64,000 nt of DNA from Longimicrobiales bacterium (GTDB taxonomy: Bacteria; Gemmatimonadota; Gemmatimonadetes; Longimicrobiales; Gaopeijiaceae): contig JAWLHJ010000005.1 in NCBI GenBank assembly GCA_041690395.1, positions 224,001 through 288,000 of the forward strand, read 5' to 3'. Below the pieces are notes generated by a model. It had not been told where the DNA came from. It made no database searches and saw only the letters and a program-made list of their open reading frames with translations. Position numbers and translations under genes: made by a program. Below, in pieces: positions 1 to 10,686 of this stretch (position 1 is the stretch's first letter; each line of letters starts with the position of its first letter).

Positions 1-959
1 TGGACACCGTGTTCGAGGAGGACAGCCCCTTCCAGCGATGGGAGATGGTGAACGACAGCGTGGCGCGTGGGCCGGGCGCGGCGGACATGAAAGGCGGGAA
101 CGTGGTGATCTGGTCGGCCCTGGAGGCGCTTCACCGGGAAGGCGCGCTGGACGGCGCGTCGATTACGGTCGTGCTGACGGGTGACGAGGAGCGCCCCGGC
201 GTGCCCGTGGACCAGGCCCGCCGTGCCCTCGTCGACGCGGGCATCGCCGCCGACGTCGCCCTGGGCTTCGAAGGCGGCACGCCCGGACTCGGCGTCGTCG
301 CACGCCGGAGCTCTTCGTCCTGGCGGCTCGACGTGACCGCTACGACGGCTCACTCCTCCGGCGTCTTCCGTGACGGCGTCGGCGCCGGGGCGATCTACGA
401 GGCGGGCCGGATCCTGGAGGACTTCTATTCCGAGATCCGCGGCGAGGAGAACCTGACGTTCAACGCGGCCACCATGGTGGCGGGCACCGAGGCCTCGTGG
501 GACGACGAGGCGGCCCGGGGGAGCGCCTTCGGCAAGACGAACGTGGTCCCGCCCGTCGCGATCCTCACCGGCGACATCCGCACGCTCACCGACGAGCAGC
601 TCGAGCGCACCCGGGACAGGATGCGCGCCATCGTCGCGCGGCCGCTTCCGGGCACCTCGTCGGAGATCACGTTCCACGACGGGTATCCGTCGATGCCCCC
701 GACCGAAGGGAACTACGCGCTCCTGGAAGTCTTCAGCCAGGTGAGTCAGGATCTGGGTGAGGGCGCGGTCGAAGCGTTCGATCCGGGCCAGCGCGGCGCC
801 GCGGACATCTCGTTCGTGGCAGCGCACGTGGACCGGGCCCTCGGAGGGCTCGGGCCCGACGGGAGCGGCTCCCATACCGTCGAGGAGACCGTGAACCTGC
901 CGTCCATCGAGCGGGCGGCGCGGCGGGCTGCGGTCCTGATCTACCGACTCACACGGTGA
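1..959 (+). CDS. M20/M25/M40 family metallopeptidase (glutamate carboxypeptidase-like), 5' truncated by window edge
   Basis: Frame opens before the window with DTVF (end of the HxDTV motif); contains GPGAADMKGG, GDEE, AHSSG, GAADI and GSHT motifs typical of M20. Confidence 0.9.
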   Translation, partial: DTVFEEDSPFQRWEMVNDSVARGPGAADMKGGNVVIWSALEALHREGALDGASITVVLTGDEERPGVPVDQARRALVDAGIAADVALGFEGGTPGLGVVARRSSSSWRLDVTATTAHSSGVFRDGVGAGAIYEAGRILEDFYSEIRGEENLTFNAATMVAGTEASWDDEAARGSAFGKTNVVPPVAILTGDIRTLTDEQLERTRDRMRAIVARPLPGTSSEITFHDGYPSMPPTEGNYALLEVFSQVSQDLGEGAVEAFDPGQRGAADISFVAAHVDRALGGLGPDGSGSHTVEETVNLPSIERAARRAAVLIYRLTR

Positions 960-3217
960 GGGAGGGGGCGGTGAGGGAGAACGGGGTGGCGCGCGTGGCC
1001 GCCGTGCTCGCATGTGCGCTGTCTCTGGTGGCGGCCGCCATGACGCCGACGCCTCTCGGCGCCCAGGACGGCGCGATCGTGGCGGCGGAAGGCGCCTCCT
1101 ACACCGAGCGCGTGGAGATCATCCGGACCGATTTCGGCGTGCCCCACATCTTCGCCGACGACCTGGGCGCCATGGGGTACGGCCTCGCCTGGGCGATGAC
1201 GGAGGACTACCGCGAGGAGGTGCTCGAGGCGCTGCTGAGCTCGAACGGCAGGTGGGCGCTCGCGACCGGCCCGGACGAGATCGACGGAGACTTCGCCGGG
1301 CGCCTCGACCACGCGTTCGCCGAGGCGAAGTATCACCTTCTGCCTGCCGACGTGCGTCAGGTCTATGCCGGCTTCGCGGCGGGGGTGAACGACTACGTGC
1401 GCGTGAACCCCGACTCCCTCCCGGACTGGGCGCGGCCCGAGTTCACGCCGCACGACGTGGCGGCTCGCGACATCGGAGTATGGGACCAGGGTGCCGTGTC
1501 CGACTTCCTCGAGCTCCGGGAAGAGCCCATCGACGATGGAGCGAACGAGGATGGCGAAGGGCGCACCGCCTCCGCTTCGGACCGGCTCCACCGTTGGCTC
1601 CAGGGCGGGGAGCGGCCGGGGGAGGGTGACCCCGAGGTGGGGTCCAACGCCTGGGCGCTGGCGCCGGAGCGCACCGCGTCCGGCAACGCCATCCTCCTCA
1701 GGAACCCGCACCTCTCCTGGACCGCGGGCTACTACGAAGCCCACGTCCGCGTGCCCGGCGTCATCGACTTCTACGGCGACTTCCGTGTGGGTGGGCCGTT
1801 CACCACCATCGGCGGGTTCAACCACCGTCTCGGGTGGGCGACGACCAACAACTATCCGGTCCTCGAGGAGATCTACGCGCTGGTGCGCGACTCGCTGAAC
1901 CCAGATGCCTACTTCTTCGACGGGGGGTCGATCGAGATCGACCGGCGGCCGGTCACGGTGGAGTACCGGCGCGAGGACGGCACCCTCGGCACCGAGACCC
2001 GTGACATGCCGCACACACCGCTCGGGCCGATCATCTACGAGGTCCCCGACACGTTCTACGTGGTGAAGGCGCATGGCCTGTCCCAGTACCGGGTGGGCGA
2101 GCAGTGGCTGCGGATGATGCAGGCCTCCACCTTCGAGGAGTGGACGGAGGGCATGAAGATCCGGGCCAAGGTGTCGTCGAACCTGACGTACGCCGACGCC
2201 GACGGGGTCATCCACCTGGTGTGGAACGCCGCGACGCCCGATCTGCCGCACGAGCCGTCGGACCATCCGGTCCTGGCCACGTCGTCGGACGACGTGTGGA
2301 CCAGCCTCTACCCGTACGACGCCCTGCCCCAGCTCACCAACCCGCCGGGCGGCTACGTCCAGAACGCGAACGATCCGCCGTACTACACGAACCTCCGCCG
2401 GATCCTGCCGCGTGAGGACTATCCGGCGCACTTCCCCGATCCGGTGCTCCGCTTCCGGTCGCAGAACTCGATCGAGCTCATCGACACCGACGACGTCCTC
2501 TCCCTGGACCAACTCGTGGAGTTGAAGCACGACATGGGGATGGTGATCGCCGACCGGATGAAGGACGACCTCGTGCGGGTCCTCCGGGCCCGTGGTGGCT
2601 GGACGGGAGATGCCGCGCGCGCTATCGAGACGTTGGCCTCGTGGGACAACACCGCGTCCCGGGGCAGCCGCGGGAGCTCCCTGTTCGAGCTGTGGGTCAA
2701 CCGGTACATGCGCGCCGTGCCGGACTCCCTCCAGTTCGACGTGCCGTGGTCGGAGGACGCTCCCATGAGGACGCCTCGCGGTGTGGGCGACCAGGACGCG
2801 GCGGTCGAGGCCTTCGAGGGCGCGCTCGCGGAGGCGGAGGAGCGATGGGGTGGCTGGGACGTGACCTGGGGTGAGGTGCATCGCATCCGGCCCGATTCGA
2901 GCGACATCGACCTGCCCGTCGGAGGGTGCGCGAGCGCACTCGGGTGCTTCCGGGTCGTCGGCTTCGAGGACGACGAGGACGGACGGTACGCCGGCTATCG
3001 CGGCGACGGGTGGGTCGTCGCGGTCGAGTTCGCCGACGTGCCCGTCGCGCGGTCGGTCCTGTTGTACGGGAACTCCGACCGGCCCGGGTCGCCCCGCTTC
3101 TACGACCAGGCGGAGCTGTTCTCGGACGAACGGATGAAGCCGGTGTTGTTCACGGTCGAGGACGTCGAGGCCGGCGTGGTGGAGCGGTACCGACCGGGGG
3201 CGGAGCTACGGCGCTGA
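956..3217 (+). CDS. Penicillin acylase family protein (Ntn-hydrolase), exported
   Basis: Signal peptide; IIRTDFGVPHIFA; GSNAW with the nucleophile Ser; NPHL; QNAN. Alternative GTG start at 971 after GGAGG. Confidence 0.9.
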   Translation: MREGAVRENGVARVAAVLACALSLVAAAMTPTPLGAQDGAIVAAEGASYTERVEIIRTDFGVPHIFADDLGAMGYGLAWAMTEDYREEVLEALLSSNGRWALATGPDEIDGDFAGRLDHAFAEAKYHLLPADVRQVYAGFAAGVNDYVRVNPDSLPDWARPEFTPHDVAARDIGVWDQGAVSDFLELREEPIDDGANEDGEGRTASASDRLHRWLQGGERPGEGDPEVGSNAWALAPERTASGNAILLRNPHLSWTAGYYEAHVRVPGVIDFYGDFRVGGPFTTIGGFNHRLGWATTNNYPVLEEIYALVRDSLNPDAYFFDGGSIEIDRRPVTVEYRREDGTLGTETRDMPHTPLGPIIYEVPDTFYVVKAHGLSQYRVGEQWLRMMQASTFEEWTEGMKIRAKVSSNLTYADADGVIHLVWNAATPDLPHEPSDHPVLATSSDDVWTSLYPYDALPQLTNPPGGYVQNANDPPYYTNLRRILPREDYPAHFPDPVLRFRSQNSIELIDTDDVLSLDQLVELKHDMGMVIADRMKDDLVRVLRARGGWTGDAARAIETLASWDNTASRGSRGSSLFELWVNRYMRAVPDSLQFDVPWSEDAPMRTPRGVGDQDAAVEAFEGALAEAEERWGGWDVTWGEVHRIRPDSSDIDLPVGGCASALGCFRVVGFEDDEDGRYAGYRGDGWVVAVEFADVPVARSVLLYGNSDRPGSPRFYDQAELFSDERMKPVLFTVEDVEAGVVERYRPGAELRR

Positions 3218-6142
3218 GCCGCCGAACTCCTCCAGCACCGCCTCGGCCGCCCGGGCGCGCTCGAGCATGGAGGTCGTGGGCGGATGCAGGCTCCCGGCCC
3301 GCACGCCGCCCCCTCCGTTCAGGTCTCCGTAGATGCCGCCCACGGCCCGAGCCGCCTCGCGGATGCGGGCATCGTCGGGCCCGTCGTTGGCGCTGCCCGT
3401 CATCCCCCGGGACTCCATGAGCGCGTCGAAGGCGCCCTCCATGGCCAGGAGTTTCAGCATGAAGCGCTCCCGGGTCTGATACTGGGCCAGGGTGAGGTCG
3501 AGGTCGGGCTCGCCCCGGACCTCGACGGTCTGGGTGGACGTGCCTCCCCGCGCCTCCAGCGTGAGCGTGTACGTCCCCGGCGACACCCAGGGCCCGCGCT
3601 CGTTGATCGGTCGCGGAACCTCCGGGTCGTCCCACCGCTCCCAGACGTCGTCGTCCATGTCGAGGGGATGCCGGAGGTCCCAGTTCACCCGGTGCATCCC
3701 GGCCGACGACGGCACGGTCATACGGCGAATGACCTCGCCGTCCGCGCGGGCGACCTGCAGCACCGCCGGCCCGCTCCCGGCGCCCAGCCGGTACGTCACC
3801 AGGGCGCCGTCCGGGGGATTCACGCCGTGGAACTCGGCCTGCGCCCGGTACGACGTGTCCTTCCGGTAGATCTTCATCGTGGCCGGCCCGACGCTGAACA
3901 GGTGGACCATGTCGTCGGCGCTCGCCCACTCCACGAGCGGGCGTGTGTCGTCGAGGATCCAGACGGCCTGCCCGTGCGTGCCCATCACCAGATCCTTCTC
4001 CCGGGGATGGATGAGAAGGTCGTCGTACAGCGTGGTGGGTAGGTTGGCCATCTTCGTCCACGCGGCGCCGGCATCGACCGAGACGAAGACGGCGTGCTCG
4101 GTGCCGACGAACAGCACGTCGGGGTTGTCGGGGTGCTCGACGACGTCGTTCACCGGTCCCATCTCGGGCAGCCCGGAGTGGAGAGGCTCCCACGAGGCGC
4201 CGAAGTCGGTGGTGCGGAAGAGGTAGGGGCCGAAGTCGCCGCGACGGTGCGCGTCGAAGGCCGCGTAGGCCGTCCCGAGGCTCCGGGTCGACGCCGTGAT
4301 GCGGCTGACGTACGTGCCGTCCTCGATGCCGGGCACGTTCCCCGACACTTCCGTCCAGCTTTCGCCGCTGTTCCTGGTCACCTGCAGGTTACCGTCGTCG
4401 AAGCCGACCCAGAAGATCTCGGGGGCGATGGGCGACTCGTCGAGCGTGACGGCCTCCCCGTAGCTCCCCGTTCCGTCATTGCGCGAGATGGAGATGTCGC
4501 CGCCAGCTACCCCCATGAGCGACAGCGTGTCGCGGTCGATCTGGCGGCTCAGATCCTCGGAGCGCGTCCAGCTTTCGCCGTTGTCCGTCGAGACGAACAC
4601 CCGGTTCCCTGCCACCACCAGACGGTCGGGGTCGTGCTCGGAGAGCAGCATCGGCGACGTCCAGTCGAAGCGGTACCCCTCCTCCCCGAAGCCCTCCTGG
4701 GGGCTGATGTCCAGCATGTCGCCGGTGACGAAGTCGTAGCGGAAGTACGTACCGCCGTTCGAGCTGCCGTAGCGGTAAGGGGAGCCCGGGCGGGGGTCGG
4801 CCTGCCAGTACATGCCGTCCCCGTAGCCGTTCTGCTTCCAGTCGTCGTTTACGATACCGATCCACCGACGCGTCTCCGAGGGACCCATGAACGAGTGGTT
4901 GTCCTGGAGCCCCGTGTAGACCCAGTAGGGGTCCTGCATGTCCACCGCGATGGCGTACATCTGGGAGATCGGGAAGTTGTTGACCTTCCGGAAGTTGTGC
5001 CCCCGGTCGTACGAGACGTGCAGCCCCGCGTCGCCGCCCATGATGAGGTGGTCGGGATCGCTGGGGTTGATCCACAGCGCGTGCTGGTCCGCATGAACGC
5101 CGACATCGTAGGTCGGACGCCGGGCGATCTCTGTCCAGGTCTCCCCACCGTCGTCGCTCCGGTTGGAGTTGGTGGCGAGGCTATACACCCGGTCCTCGTC
5201 GGACGGGTCGATCCAGATGTGAGAGTAGTACATGGGCCGGATGTTCAGGTCGCTCACCCGCTCCCAGGTGGCGCCGGCGTCCTCGGACCGATAGGTGCCA
5301 GTCAGCTCGTCGTCGGCGAACTCGATGAGGGCGTTCAGCACCCGCGGGTTCGACTGCGCCACGGCGACGCCGATGCGGCCCTTGTCCTCGCCGGGGATGC
5401 CGTTCGTGAGCTCGGTCCAGCTGTCGCCGCCGTCGGTGCTCTTGTAGATGCCGCTCCCGGGACCACCGCCGTTGAAGCCCCAGCTGCGCCGGAGCCGCTG
5501 GTAGGCGGCGGCGTAGATCTCGTCCGGGTTCGACTGGTTCCAGTCGAGGTCCACGACGCCGGTGTGCTCGTCGATGTAGAGCACCTTCTCCCAGGTCGCT
5601 CCGCCGTCGGTGGTGCGGTACACCCCCCGGTCTTCGCTGGGCGCCCACAGGTTCCCCTGGGCGGCCACGTAGACCACGTCGGGGTCGGTCGGGTGCACGA
5701 GCACCTCACCGATGTGCCGCGTGTTCTCGAGACCCAGGTGCCTCCACGTCTCACCGCCGTCGTCGGAGCGGTAGATGCCGTTCCCGTACGACGTGCTCTG
5801 CCGGTTGTTCTCCTCGCCGGTTCCCGCGTAGACGATGTCCGGGTTCGTCGGAGCGAGGGCCACGTCGCCGAAGGTGCTCACGGGCATGTCGGCGAAGGTG
5901 TTCACCCAGGTCTGGCCGCGGTTCTCGCTCTTCCACAGCCCGCCGGAGGCCGTGGCCACCCAAAGCATGTTGGGGTCCTCGGGGACGGATTCCACGTCGT
6001 GGACCCGGCCGCCCGTCACCGCGGGACCGATGACCCTGGGGTGGAAGGTCTCGAGGTGCGACTCGGTGAGCGCGACCTGCGCGTCACCCGCGGCGGGGAC
6101 GAGGAGCGCCGCCGGGACGAGGACGGTGAGCAGTCGATGCAT
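3206..6142 (-). CDS. VPS10/BNR-repeat (Asp-box) beta-propeller protein, glycosyl-hydrolase-like, exported
   Basis: Start at ATG 6142 (MHRLLTVLVPAALL signal peptide, AGGA upstream); IGPAVTGGRV; many SxDGGxTW Asp-box repeats; THGQAVWILDD. Confidence 0.85.
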   Translation of the reverse strand: MHRLLTVLVPAALLVPAAGDAQVALTESHLETFHPRVIGPAVTGGRVHDVESVPEDPNMLWVATASGGLWKSENRGQTWVNTFADMPVSTFGDVALAPTNPDIVYAGTGEENNRQSTSYGNGIYRSDDGGETWRHLGLENTRHIGEVLVHPTDPDVVYVAAQGNLWAPSEDRGVYRTTDGGATWEKVLYIDEHTGVVDLDWNQSNPDEIYAAAYQRLRRSWGFNGGGPGSGIYKSTDGGDSWTELTNGIPGEDKGRIGVAVAQSNPRVLNALIEFADDELTGTYRSEDAGATWERVSDLNIRPMYYSHIWIDPSDEDRVYSLATNSNRSDDGGETWTEIARRPTYDVGVHADQHALWINPSDPDHLIMGGDAGLHVSYDRGHNFRKVNNFPISQMYAIAVDMQDPYWVYTGLQDNHSFMGPSETRRWIGIVNDDWKQNGYGDGMYWQADPRPGSPYRYGSSNGGTYFRYDFVTGDMLDISPQEGFGEEGYRFDWTSPMLLSEHDPDRLVVAGNRVFVSTDNGESWTRSEDLSRQIDRDTLSLMGVAGGDISISRNDGTGSYGEAVTLDESPIAPEIFWVGFDDGNLQVTRNSGESWTEVSGNVPGIEDGTYVSRITASTRSLGTAYAAFDAHRRGDFGPYLFRTTDFGASWEPLHSGLPEMGPVNDVVEHPDNPDVLFVGTEHAVFVSVDAGAAWTKMANLPTTLYDDLLIHPREKDLVMGTHGQAVWILDDTRPLVEWASADDMVHLFSVGPATMKIYRKDTSYRAQAEFHGVNPPDGALVTYRLGAGSGPAVLQVARADGEVIRRMTVPSSAGMHRVNWDLRHPLDMDDDVWERWDDPEVPRPINERGPWVSPGTYTLTLEARGGTSTQTVEVRGEPDLDLTLAQYQTRERFMLKLLAMEGAFDALMESRGMTGSANDGPDDARIREAARAVGGIYGDLNGGGGVRAGSLHPPTTSMLERARAAEAVLEEFGGSAP

Positions 6143-6274
6143 GGTCGTGTCCTGGATGTGTGGGCTGGAAGCGGATGAGGCGTCGGGGCCCTTTCCCGAC
6201 CACGGTAGGGCGCGATCCGGCGCGGCGCCAATCGCTGTCCCGTTCCGCCGCTGCATCGACCCCCGGTGACCGCT

Positions 6275-6280
6275 TAGATT
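6275..6280 (+). promoter_or_regulatory. Putative -10 element of a leaderless ruvB transcript
   Basis: TAGATT ends 6 nt before the ATG at 6287; no SD. Confidence 0.5.
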
Positions 6281-6286
6281 GCCTCC

Positions 6287-7330
6287 ATGAGCGAGCGCAC
6301 CGAAGTGACGACCCCCGAAGCCCTCTCGGACGACGAGCAGGTCGAGCCGAGCCTCAGACCGCAGCGGTTGGCCGAGTTCATCGGCCAGCCCAAGGTGCGG
6401 GAGTCGCTCTCGATCGCGATCGAGGCCGCGAAGGGGCGGCGCGATCCGCTCGACCACGTGCTCTTCCACGGTCCGCCCGGGCTGGGGAAGACCACGCTGG
6501 CGTCGCTCATGGCGCGCGAGATGGGCGTGAACATCAAGACCACGTCCGGGCCCGTGTTGGAGAAGCCCGCCGACCTGGTCGGGATCCTCACGAACCAGCG
6601 CAAGGGCGACATCCTCTTCATCGACGAGATCCACAGGCTCCGCCCCATCATCGAGGAGTTCCTGTATCCCGCGATGGAGGATTGGCAGGTCGAGATCCGG
6701 CTCTCGGACGGCCCGAAGGCCGATACGATGAGCATGAGCATCGAGCCGTTCACACTGGTCGGCGCGACGACCCGCTTCGGGCTGCTCACGGCCCCCATGC
6801 GGGCGCGCTTCGGCATCGTGCAGCGGCTCAACTTCTATCCGGCCGAGGAGCTCGCGACCATCGTGTCCCGCAGCGCCGACATCCTCGGGGTCGAGACCAC
6901 GCCCGAGGGCTCGAGCGAGATCGCGCGGCGGGCGCGGGGGACGCCCCGGGTGGCGAACCGATTGCTCCGGCGTGTCCGCGACTACGCGGAGGTGCGGGCC
7001 GACGGCCTCATCGACGAGACGGTCGCCCAGGCGGCGCTCAAGATGCTCGACGTCGACGAGTACGGCCTCGACGAGATGGACGCGCGGGTGCTCAAGACGC
7101 TGATCGAGAAGTTCGAGGGCGGCCCCGTGGGACTGAACTCGCTCGCGGTCGCGATGGGAGAAGACGCCACGACGCTCGAAGAGGTCTACGAGCCCTTCCT
7201 GATCATGGAGGGCTTCCTGATGCGGACCGCCCAGGGACGCGTCGCCACTCCGAGGGCGTTCCGGCGCTTCGGGTACACGATGCCCGAGTCGCTGAAGGGG
7301 TCGCAGGGCTCGCTGTTCGTCGTGGAGTGA
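6287..7330 (+). CDS. ruvB: Holliday junction branch migration helicase RuvB
   Basis: [13 protein letters not shown], Walker [47 protein letters not shown]. Confidence 0.98.
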   Translation: MSERTEVTTPEALSDDEQVEPSLRPQRLAEFIGQPKVRESLSIAIEAAKGRRDPLDHVLFHGPPGLGKTTLASLMAREMGVNIKTTSGPVLEKPADLVGILTNQRKGDILFIDEIHRLRPIIEEFLYPAMEDWQVEIRLSDGPKADTMSMSIEPFTLVGATTRFGLLTAPMRARFGIVQRLNFYPAEELATIVSRSADILGVETTPEGSSEIARRARGTPRVANRLLRRVRDYAEVRADGLIDETVAQAALKMLDVDEYGLDEMDARVLKTLIEKFEGGPVGLNSLAVAMGEDATTLEEVYEPFLIMEGFLMRTAQGRVATPRAFRRFGYTMPESLKGSQGSLFVVE

Positions 7331-7360
7331 GCCCGCACGCAGGGGCGGGGCGGCTCGGGC

Positions 7361-7702
7361 CTACGCGCCGGGAGGCGCGGGTTCCGCTTCGAGCCTGTCG
7401 GCCAGCTCCTCGAAGGAGCGCATGTCCTCCGAGCCTTCGTAGGGATGCAGCCGCCTCTTCCCGTCCCTCCGGCCGAGCGTCCACACCTCGGTCGCCGGGT
7501 CGTAGTGGAAGCGAGCGAGCTCGACGACCGTGGTCTCTCCGGGAAGCCCGCTATAGTCCGGTCGTTGCTCCGACACGCAGACGTGATTGCCGCGGACACG
7601 CCAGCTGAATCGGCCGGCGCCTCCCGAGTGCATGGACATGCGTTCGCAGTAGGCGTCGAGCCGCCTGGTCACCCTTGCCATTTCCAGCTTCGGGATCGCC
7701 AT
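7361..7702 (-). CDS. Small hypothetical protein, DUF3024-like
   Basis: 113 aa from ATG 7702 with GGAG upstream; pattern RGNHVCVSEQRP...LARFHYDPATEVWTL...HPYE resembles DUF3024. Confidence 0.6.
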   Translation of the reverse strand: MAIPKLEMARVTRRLDAYCERMSMHSGGAGRFSWRVRGNHVCVSEQRPDYSGLPGETTVVELARFHYDPATEVWTLGRRDGKRRLHPYEGSEDMRSFEELADRLEAEPAPPGA

Positions 7703-7845
7703 CGGGACTCCAAGTTCGGGCCGTCCGGGCCTAGGGGCCCGGCTGTTTGAAGATAACAGGAGGGGCCACGGAGTCCCCGGTGGGGGCGCGCGGGGAGATC
7801 GACTCCGCGGCTGTCGCGCGTCCACACCCGGCGTACATTGCCCCT

Positions 7846-8937
7846 ATGAGCGATTGCGCGAAGACCCCGGGTGGATCGAGACGGTCGAGAATCGGTCGTG
7901 ATGCCCGGCTCCGTCGGATCCTCGTGGCGGGCCTGGTCGGCGGCCTCGGCGCCTGCGGCGCTCCGGATGCCGACCGCGGGCCCTCCGCCGGGGACGTCGA
8001 GGGTCCGGCGGCACGTCCGTCCTTCACGGCACCCGAAGAGGTCGCCGATCCACTCGCCCCGGAACACGACGACCAGCCGTTCGTGGTGGTCCTGGGCATC
8101 GGCCAGGACGGAGGATACCCGCAAGCGGGGACGAGGGACGCCGAGGCCTGGGAGCGTGCCGAGCGGCGACGCCTTCCCGTGAGCCTGGGCATCGTCGACC
8201 CGTCCTCCGGGGAGCGATGGATGGTCGAGGCCACTCCGTCCTTTCCGGAGCAGCTCCGGGCCCTGGAGTCGGTGGCCCCTCACGAGGACGTCCCCGGCTT
8301 GTCCGGGGTGCTGCTCACCCATGCGCACGTGGGTCACTATGCCGGGCTCATCCATCTGGGGCGTGAGATCCTCGGCGCCTCGGACGTTCCCGTGTACGCC
8401 ATGCCGCGCATGGATACGTTCCTCCGCTCGAACGGCCCGTGGGACCAGCTCGTCGAGCTGCGCAACATCGACATCCGGCCCCTGGCCGACGGGGTCTCGA
8501 CCCCCCTCAACGCGCGCATCCGGGTCACACCGCTGACGGTGCCGCATCGTGACGAGTACTCGGAGACCGTGGGCTATCTGATCGAGGGTCCCGGGAGAAG
8601 CGTCTTCTTCCTGCCGGACATCGACAAGTGGGAAGCATGGGACGCCCTCGGGACGAGGGTGGAGGACGTCCTCGCACGAGCGGACGTCGCCTATCTGGAT
8701 GCGACGTTCTTCGCCGATGGCGAGGTTCCGGGCCGCGCGATGGCGGAGATCCCCCACCCGTTCGTTTCGGAGAGCATGGATCGCTTCGATGCGCTCCCTG
8801 CGCGGGAGCGCGCCAAGGTGCGGTTCATCCACGTGAACCGGACGAACCCGGTGGGCTGGCCGTGGACACCCGAGTGGGACGCCGTGCACGCCGCGGGCTT
8901 CCGGGTGGCGGTGCGAGGGGAGCGCGTCGGGCTGTAG
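7846..8937 (+). CDS. MBL-fold metallo-hydrolase (PqqB-like), probable lipoprotein
   Basis: [54 protein letters not shown] lipobox-like; TACATT 6 nt before the ATG. Confidence 0.8.
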   Translation: MSDCAKTPGGSRRSRIGRDARLRRILVAGLVGGLGACGAPDADRGPSAGDVEGPAARPSFTAPEEVADPLAPEHDDQPFVVVLGIGQDGGYPQAGTRDAEAWERAERRRLPVSLGIVDPSSGERWMVEATPSFPEQLRALESVAPHEDVPGLSGVLLTHAHVGHYAGLIHLGREILGASDVPVYAMPRMDTFLRSNGPWDQLVELRNIDIRPLADGVSTPLNARIRVTPLTVPHRDEYSETVGYLIEGPGRSVFFLPDIDKWEAWDALGTRVEDVLARADVAYLDATFFADGEVPGRAMAEIPHPFVSESMDRFDALPARERAKVRFIHVNRTNPVGWPWTPEWDAVHAAGFRVAVRGERVGL

Positions 8938-9036
8938 CCGGGGGCCCGCGGCACGGATCAGCCCGGCCCCTGGGGCGAATCGCCGAGATCCGTTAGCCTT
9001 GGCGACCTTGATTCGAGTGGGGCGGGACGATCCGCG

Positions 9037-9065
9037 GACCTGGGCAGGCGCCCGGGTCTTTTTTT
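9037..9065 (+). terminator. Intrinsic terminator (possible attenuator in the sulP leader)
   Basis: Stem GACCTGGGC-AGGC-GCCCGGGTC followed by T7. Confidence 0.8.
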
Positions 9066-9172
9066 GTGTCCCACTGTCATCGCGCCCGAGCACCCGCGCG
9101 CGGTCCCGCCACCGACGTTACGCCTCGGCCGCGTTCCCACGCGTCGAGCACGCATACATAGAAGAGACAGCA

Positions 9173-10651
9173 TTGATTTCCACGTTCAGAGAAGAGTGGT
9201 TCGGCAATATTCGAGGTGACCTCCTGGCCGGTGCCGTGGTCGCGCTCGCCCTGATTCCGGAGGCGATCGCGTTCTCGATCATCGCCGGCGTCGATCCCAA
9301 GGTCGGCCTGTACGCCTCGATCAGCATCGCCATCGTCACCGCCTTCGTCGGTGGTCGGCCGGGCATGATCTCGGCGGCCACCGGCGCGATGGCGCTCCTG
9401 ATGATCACGCTGGTGCGCGATCACGGGCTCGAGTACCTGTTCGCCGCCACGATCCTCACTGGCGTCCTGCAGGTGCTCTTCGGCGTCTTCCGGCTCTCCC
9501 GCTACATGAAGTTCGTGCCGCGCGCGGTCATGGTCGGGTTCGTGAACGCCCTGGCCATCCTCATCTTCATGGCGCAGCTCCCACAGTTCGTCGGCGTCGG
9601 CTGGATGACGTACGCGTTCGTCGCGGCCGGGCTGGCGGTCATCTACCTGCTGCCGCGACTGACGACCGCGGTCCCGTCGGCGCTGGTGGCGATCGTCGGC
9701 CTCACGCTCGTCTCGCTGATGACGGACGGCGGGCTCCGCACCGTGGGTGACATGGGCGCGCTTCCCACCGCCCTTCCCATCTTCGCCCTGCCGGGCATCC
9801 CGCTTACGCTCGCGACCCTCCAGATCATCCTGCCCGTCGCGCTCACGCTCACCCTGGTGGGCATGATCGAGTCGCTGCTCACGGCGTCCATCGTCGACGA
9901 GCTCACGGAGACCACCAGCGACAAGAACAAGGAGGCGCGGGGTCAGGGCATCGCCAACGTCGTCACCGGGTTCTTCGGGGGGATGGCCGGCTGCGCGATG
10001 ATCGGCCAGTCCGTCATCAACATCAAATCCGGCGGCCGCGGTCGGCTCTCGTCCTTCGCGGCGGGCGCGTTCGTGCTGGTCTTCATTCTCGTGCTGGGCG
10101 ACTGGCTGCGACTCGTGCCCATGAGCGCGTTGGTCGCGGTCATGATCATGGTGTCCATCGGCACGTTCGACTGGTCGTCGCTCCGCACGCTCCACATCGT
10201 GCCGCGTGGGGAGACGCTCGTGATGCTGCTCACCGTCCTGACGGTCGTGTGGACGCACGACCTGGCCCTCGGCGTGTTCGCGGGGGTCCTTTTCAGCGCG
10301 ATCCTCTTCGCCCGGAAGGTGGCCGAGGTGGCCTTCATGGAGGACGGCCTGAGCGCGGACGGCCGGGAGCGCAGTTATTCGGTGACGGGGCAGCTCTTCT
10401 TCGCGACGGTCAACGGGTTCCTCGCCCACTTCAATTTCCAGGAAGACGTGGACCGGGTGGTCATCGACCTGTCGCGCTCGCACCTGTGGGATCACTCGGC
10501 GGTCGCCGCCCTCGACAAGGCGATCCTCCGATTCCGTCGCCGCGGCGTGGACGTGGAGCTCGTGGGTCTGAACGAGGCCAGCGCCACCCTGCTGTCCCGC
10601 CTCGGGTCCCACGACAAGCCCGGTGCGCTGGAGGCGGCGCCGAGCCACTGA
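9173..10651 (+). CDS. SulP family inorganic anion transporter with C-terminal STAS domain (YbaR-like)
   Basis: TTG start after [78 protein letters not shown]...HLWDHSAV. Confidence 0.93.
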   Translation: MISTFREEWFGNIRGDLLAGAVVALALIPEAIAFSIIAGVDPKVGLYASISIAIVTAFVGGRPGMISAATGAMALLMITLVRDHGLEYLFAATILTGVLQVLFGVFRLSRYMKFVPRAVMVGFVNALAILIFMAQLPQFVGVGWMTYAFVAAGLAVIYLLPRLTTAVPSALVAIVGLTLVSLMTDGGLRTVGDMGALPTALPIFALPGIPLTLATLQIILPVALTLTLVGMIESLLTASIVDELTETTSDKNKEARGQGIANVVTGFFGGMAGCAMIGQSVINIKSGGRGRLSSFAAGAFVLVFILVLGDWLRLVPMSALVAVMIMVSIGTFDWSSLRTLHIVPRGETLVMLLTVLTVVWTHDLALGVFAGVLFSAILFARKVAEVAFMEDGLSADGRERSYSVTGQLFFATVNGFLAHFNFQEDVDRVVIDLSRSHLWDHSAVAALDKAILRFRRRGVDVELVGLNEASATLLSRLGSHDKPGALEAAPSH

Positions 10652-10674
10652 GGCGCCGCCGGGCCACGGGCTGC

Positions 10675-10680
10675 TAGATT
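10675..10680 (+). promoter_or_regulatory. Putative -10 element of a leaderless queA transcript
   Basis: TAGATT ends 6 nt before the ATG at 10687; no SD. Confidence 0.5.
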
Positions 10681-10686
10681 TCGCCC

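Noticed and set aside
7846..8937. PQQ biosynthesis gene pqqB
   Set aside because: Only fold-level similarity; it has an export signal and no pqqA/C/D/E genes nearby.
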